Assembly: GCA_027001995.1 (NCBI GenBank)
Contig: JALTLO010000184.1
Location: forward strand, 1 to 33,033
DNA length: 33,033 nt
Direction of reading: 5' to 3'
From: Planctomycetota bacterium
GTDB lineage: Bacteria > Planctomycetota > GCA-002687715 > DRQF01
Part shown: in pieces, positions 29,642 to 33,033 of the stretch
How the letters are laid out: every line of letters begins with the position of its first letter
Position numbering within the stretch: the stretch's first letter is position 1
Notes under the pieces: generated by a model
The model's input: only the letters and a program-made list of their open reading frames with translations
What the model was told of the DNA's origin: nothing
Databases searched by the model: none
Position numbers and translations under genes: made by a program

Positions 29642-31057
29642 TTGATATTTAGCACACTCGAATTCTGGATTTTCTTCTTGGGCGTCTTTTTCGCCTATCA
29701 CCTCTTGGCGCATCGTGGGCAAAATGTCCTCCTTTTGATCGCGAGTTATGTCTTTTATGGGGCATGGGATTGGCGCTTCCTGGGGCTCATTTTCTTTTCG
29801 ACCGTGGTGGACTACTTTGCTGCACTCTATGCGGCCCCCAAGGAAGGGAGGCGGCCGCGCAAACGTCACATGGCCCTAGGCCTGAGCGTTTTCGTGAATT
29901 TAGGCGTGCTGGCGGTCTTCAAGTATTTCGACTTCTTCCTCTTGTCGTTTGTCGATCTAATCGGAGCGGATCCTTCTGACGTTGACCATCTCTTGCTCAA
30001 AGTGGTCCTTCCTGTAGGGATTAGCTTCTACACTTTTCAAACGATGAGTTATACGTTGGATGTATATCGGGGAAAACTCGAGGCGACCAAGTCGTTCGCG
30101 GACTTAGCCCTCTATGTGGCGTTCTTTCCTCAATTGGTGGCCGGTCCTATTGAACGCGGTGCCCATTTGATGCCTCAAGTCATCAACAAAAGAACTCTCG
30201 ATGTCACACGCTTTCGATCTGCGGTTTGTTTGATCATTTGGGGTCTCTTCAAGAAAATTTGCATAGCGGACGTTCTGGCATATCCAGTCCAAGTCATTTT
30301 TGCTAGCCAAGACCCAACCGGCGGCGAGGTCTATTTCTCAACAGTGTGTTTTGCGATTCAGATTTTCTGTGACTTCTCAGGCTACACGGATATCGCCAGA
30401 GGCTTGGGGCGCCTTTTGGGCTTTGAGTTTATGTTGAATTTCAACTTGCCCTACTTCGCGAAGAGTCCGACGGATTTCTGGCGACGATGGCACATAAGTC
30501 TGTCTAGTTGGCTACGGGACTATCTGTATATCTCCCTTGGTGGCAACCGTAAGGGAGCGAAACGAACCTACTTCAACCTTATGGCAACTATGGTGCTGGG
30601 AGGGTTGTGGCATGGTGCTGGGGTGAATTTCATTCTCTGGGGAATTTATCATGGCTCTCTCTTGGCCATTCACAGATTCTTGACCAGGAATAATTCGCCG
30701 GGACCAGGGTCGGATTCCTTCCTCATGAGGGGATTGAAGATTTTTGGGATGTTTCAACTGACACTCTTCGGTTGGCTTCTATTCCGAGTCGAGAACATGG
30801 AGCAATTGAGCAAACTATTGTTTGCTTTAGGCACTCATTGGGACCATTGGGGAAGCGTGTGGATCCTTGTTCAGTACGCTCTTCCTGTGATGGTGGTGCT
30901 CTTGGCCATGCAATTGTGGCAAGCCCGCAGCAATGACTTAGAGATCTTGGCCCATACCTCGTGGATACTGCGAGCTGTCATCCTTTCTCTTTGTCTCAGT
31001 TGTGTTCTTCTGCTCAATCGTGGGGGTGGCACCCCTTTTATCTATTTTCAGTTCTAA
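29642..31057 (+). CDS. MBOAT family O-acyltransferase, AlgI/PatA type
   Basis: LPVGISFYTFQ, FFPQLVAGPIER, DFSGYTDIARG, FWRRWHISLSSWLRDY, catalytic-His GLWHGA, C-terminal FIYFQF; TTG start. Confidence 0.95.
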   Translation: MIFSTLEFWIFFLGVFFAYHLLAHRGQNVLLLIASYVFYGAWDWRFLGLIFFSTVVDYFAALYAAPKEGRRPRKRHMALGLSVFVNLGVLAVFKYFDFFLLSFVDLIGADPSDVDHLLLKVVLPVGISFYTFQTMSYTLDVYRGKLEATKSFADLALYVAFFPQLVAGPIERGAHLMPQVINKRTLDVTRFRSAVCLIIWGLFKKICIADVLAYPVQVIFASQDPTGGEVYFSTVCFAIQIFCDFSGYTDIARGLGRLLGFEFMLNFNLPYFAKSPTDFWRRWHISLSSWLRDYLYISLGGNRKGAKRTYFNLMATMVLGGLWHGAGVNFILWGIYHGSLLAIHRFLTRNNSPGPGSDSFLMRGLKIFGMFQLTLFGWLLFRVENMEQLSKLLFALGTHWDHWGSVWILVQYALPVMVVLLAMQLWQARSNDLEILAHTSWILRAVILSLCLSCVLLLNRGGGTPFIYFQF

Positions 31058-31073
31058 CCTGGGTGGAAGAGAC

Positions 31074-32258
31074 ATGTTTGAATTATCGCCCCTGTGGCCA
31101 CAACTGAAAACCCTACGTTGGAGGCGCTGGCTCGTCGTTGCCGCCATTTTTCTTTCTTCCCTTGAAGTTGTTTCTCGTTTGGCGCCCACGGTGGTTGGCA
31201 AGCACTTCGTTCATCAGCCCTATCTTTGTTCCAGCCAACCCAGTGCCCACGATCAATTCGTGACTTCCTCCACATCAAGATTCATCACCAATGGTAGGGG
31301 AGCCCGAGGCAGTATTTTTCATGATCAGCCTTTTCGAATCGCGATCTTGGGGTCGAGTACCTCTGCTGACTCTCTGCTGGATCAAGACGATACCTGGGCT
31401 GAGGTTTTGCGGGATCATCTTGGCAAAGAGCGAGTTCATGTGGACAACTATGCTGTTGATGGCAACAGCAACAAGGAGGTGGCTTTCTTTCTTAAGACTT
31501 TGAAAGAAAGCGGACCTCAGTATGACATGATGATCTTTATGTTGCATTGGGCGAAGTTGGAGAGTCGCGACACAGCACGTTTGGCTTTTCCTTTTTCTGG
31601 CCAATGGAGAACCCCCCAGAGCATGTTCGTGAGCCCAAGCTTGTTGAAGAGACGCCTTCTTCATCAGATCGCCTTAGAGCCCCATGTCAAGAAAAGCGGG
31701 CAGTGGCTTGTTGCACGACTCCAAAGTCTATTGAGACCAGAGTCGACAAGGGAGTCATCGTTTATTCATCCTGTCCCTTTGGCCACAAGTAACCGGAGAA
31801 TCAGAAACTCAGGAAACATCCGCTTTCAAGATGTTCCGTCGAAACTTGGAAGTAAGAAGATCGAATTCATCAAGAAACGGGTGGGAGTCATCGTTGGTTT
31901 GGCTCAAGATCTTTGTCGGAATGTTGTTATTCTGACCCAACCAGTGGCCTATGATGAGAGAGAGTTGCCAGGAGTTAGACGTCGGTGGTTTTCCCTCTAT
32001 CCGGTCTCCATGACTGAGCCGATCTACAAAAGCAATAAGAGTGTCGCAGAGCGGATGCGCAATGTGAATCGCCTGGCATCCCATGCTGCGAAAATGAGTG
32101 GGGCTTTGGTGATCGATTTAGATGCCTACATGCGTCCTAAGCTGCGGCAAAGGGAAGACCTGTTTATCGATAAGTGGCATTTTTCCAATGCGGGGGCGAG
32201 ATTGGCCGGTGTTTTTCTAGCCCAACAGCTGTCATCTGAGATCCGAAGGAAGAGATAA
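31074..32258 (+). CDS. Membrane-anchored SGNH/GDSL-like protein, probable partner acyltransferase or esterase of the MBOAT
   Basis: N-terminal hydrophobic helix (WLVVAAIFLSSLEVV), block I ILGSSTS, block II NYAVDG, block V DKWHFS; ATG 31074 follows the MBOAT stop. Confidence 0.7.
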   Translation: MFELSPLWPQLKTLRWRRWLVVAAIFLSSLEVVSRLAPTVVGKHFVHQPYLCSSQPSAHDQFVTSSTSRFITNGRGARGSIFHDQPFRIAILGSSTSADSLLDQDDTWAEVLRDHLGKERVHVDNYAVDGNSNKEVAFFLKTLKESGPQYDMMIFMLHWAKLESRDTARLAFPFSGQWRTPQSMFVSPSLLKRRLLHQIALEPHVKKSGQWLVARLQSLLRPESTRESSFIHPVPLATSNRRIRNSGNIRFQDVPSKLGSKKIEFIKKRVGVIVGLAQDLCRNVVILTQPVAYDERELPGVRRRWFSLYPVSMTEPIYKSNKSVAERMRNVNRLASHAAKMSGALVIDLDAYMRPKLRQREDLFIDKWHFSNAGARLAGVFLAQQLSSEIRRKR

Positions 32259-32520
32259 CGCACACGTTTTTCGATATCAGGACATTGTTTTTGCTCTCTG
32301 GGCTTTCTTCCAACGGGGCTTCTCTCGCCCCACCGCCCCGTTACATCGTGTATGGATAACGAACACGAACCCAACCATTCGTGTGTCGTGAGTTTGGCAT
32401 CGGTCCTTGGAGATGAAGACCTCAGCCCACGGGGGCTCTAAGTGTCTTATAACCCAATAGGTTAAGTGGCACATGAGTGCATCATTGAGGCACTTAGGAG
32501 GTTATAAAGACGCACCGGAT

Positions 32521-32536
32521 TTGGCATGAAGATTGC
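32521..32536 (+). promoter_or_regulatory. Sigma54 (RpoN) -24/-12 promoter candidate
   Basis: TTGGCATGAAGATTGC: GG-N10-GC spacing and near-consensus TGGCAC-N5-TTGC, ending about 40 nt before ATG 32578. Confidence 0.7.
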
Positions 32537-32577
32537 GGCTTGAATCCTAAGCGTTCTGAATTGCACAAGGAAAACTC

Positions 32578-33033
32578 ATGCTGAACACCATTCGAATTGT
32601 ATTTGCCCTCGCCACACTTTGTTACGCGTCGGTGAGCGCCCAAACTTGGCAACCCGAATCTCCTGTCCCAGCTACAGGCTCCAGGGCCCGAGCGGTCGCT
32701 GTGAAAGTGGGGGCGACTATTTTCTTGATGGGGGGCACCCCGTTAGACGCCAATGGCGATGCACCCGTCCACAAGCTTGTGGGCAGCAATTGGAGTACAA
32801 CAACGCCCTTGGAAGGGAGTTTCTTGGACCACGGTGCGGCCATGGACTCTCTCGGTCGGGTGATTGTTATTGCTGGTTTGGCAGCCAATGGTGACCAGGG
32901 AGATAGTTATGAGTGGACGGAGGCCGATGGCAATAATGGCGGGATCAACTCACGTTCAGGGGCTGCTCCAGACAGTCGTTTTGCCGTTGCGACGGACAGC
33001 TTGAATCGCATTTACTCCATGGGGGGAGGCGGG
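32578..33033 (+). CDS. Secreted Kelch-repeat (beta-propeller) protein, 3'-truncated
   Basis: Not in ORF track because it has no stop. Manual translation MLNTIRIVFALATLCYASVSA-QTWQPESPVP...IFLMGG...W...VIVIAG...IYSMGGGG; signal peptide ending VSA, repeated hydrophobic-GG Kelch blades; AAGGA SD. Confidence 0.78.
   Translation, partial: MLNTIRIVFALATLCYASVSAQTWQPESPVPATGSRARAVAVKVGATIFLMGGTPLDANGDAPVHKLVGSNWSTTTPLEGSFLDHGAAMDSLGRVIVIAGLAANGDQGDSYEWTEADGNNGGINSRSGAAPDSRFAVATDSLNRIYSMGGGG

Noticed and set aside
29435..29869. 144-aa minus-strand ORF overlapping the MBOAT start, and minus ORF 32622-32888 over the Kelch gene
   Set aside because: Antisense to well-supported genes, with no motifs or RBS
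32409..32453. GGAGATGAAGAC...GCT...GTCTTA resemblance to a fluoride riboswitch
   Set aside because: P1 pairing is incomplete, the GCURAUGAC core is missing, it lies upstream of the predicted promoter, and no fluoride-related gene follows

Overview
Mostly core housekeeping DNA, probably from a Planctomycetota bacterium. The assignment is an inference from lineage-typical motifs: RpoA starts MRIRWR, the RpoB rifampicin cluster reads [12 protein letters not shown]12 reads RVRDLPG, there is no rpmD, and no tuf follows fusA. Bases 1-26388 form one co-oriented supercluster: 3' part of rplL, rpoB, rpoC, rpsL, rpsG, fusA, the S10 and spc ribosomal protein genes, secY, adk, rpmJ (missed by the ORF track), rpsM, rpsK, rpsD, rpoA and rplQ, closed by a strong intrinsic terminator. 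The accessory 3' part holds a DprE2-like SDR plus a DprE1-like FAD oxidoreductase, a convergent small class I SAM methyltransferase, an AlgI/PatA-type MBOAT plus a divergent SGNH protein, and the 5' part of a secreted Kelch-repeat protein behind a sigma54-type promoter. I saw no rRNA, tRNA, CRISPR array, intein or mobile element, and I cannot demonstrate a wholly new system. The best leads are: a heavily structured rplL-rpoB leader; a fusA separated from rpsG by a terminator and showing weak codon bias; a 1:2/2:3/3:4 attenuator-like switch before the alpha operon; altered exit-tunnel loops in L22, L4 and L23; an RGG-like S5 tail; a FAM173/DOT1-like methyltransferase; and an arabinofuranose-type epimerase pair next to an O-acylation module. 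All comparisons with reference proteins are from memory, not computed alignments.
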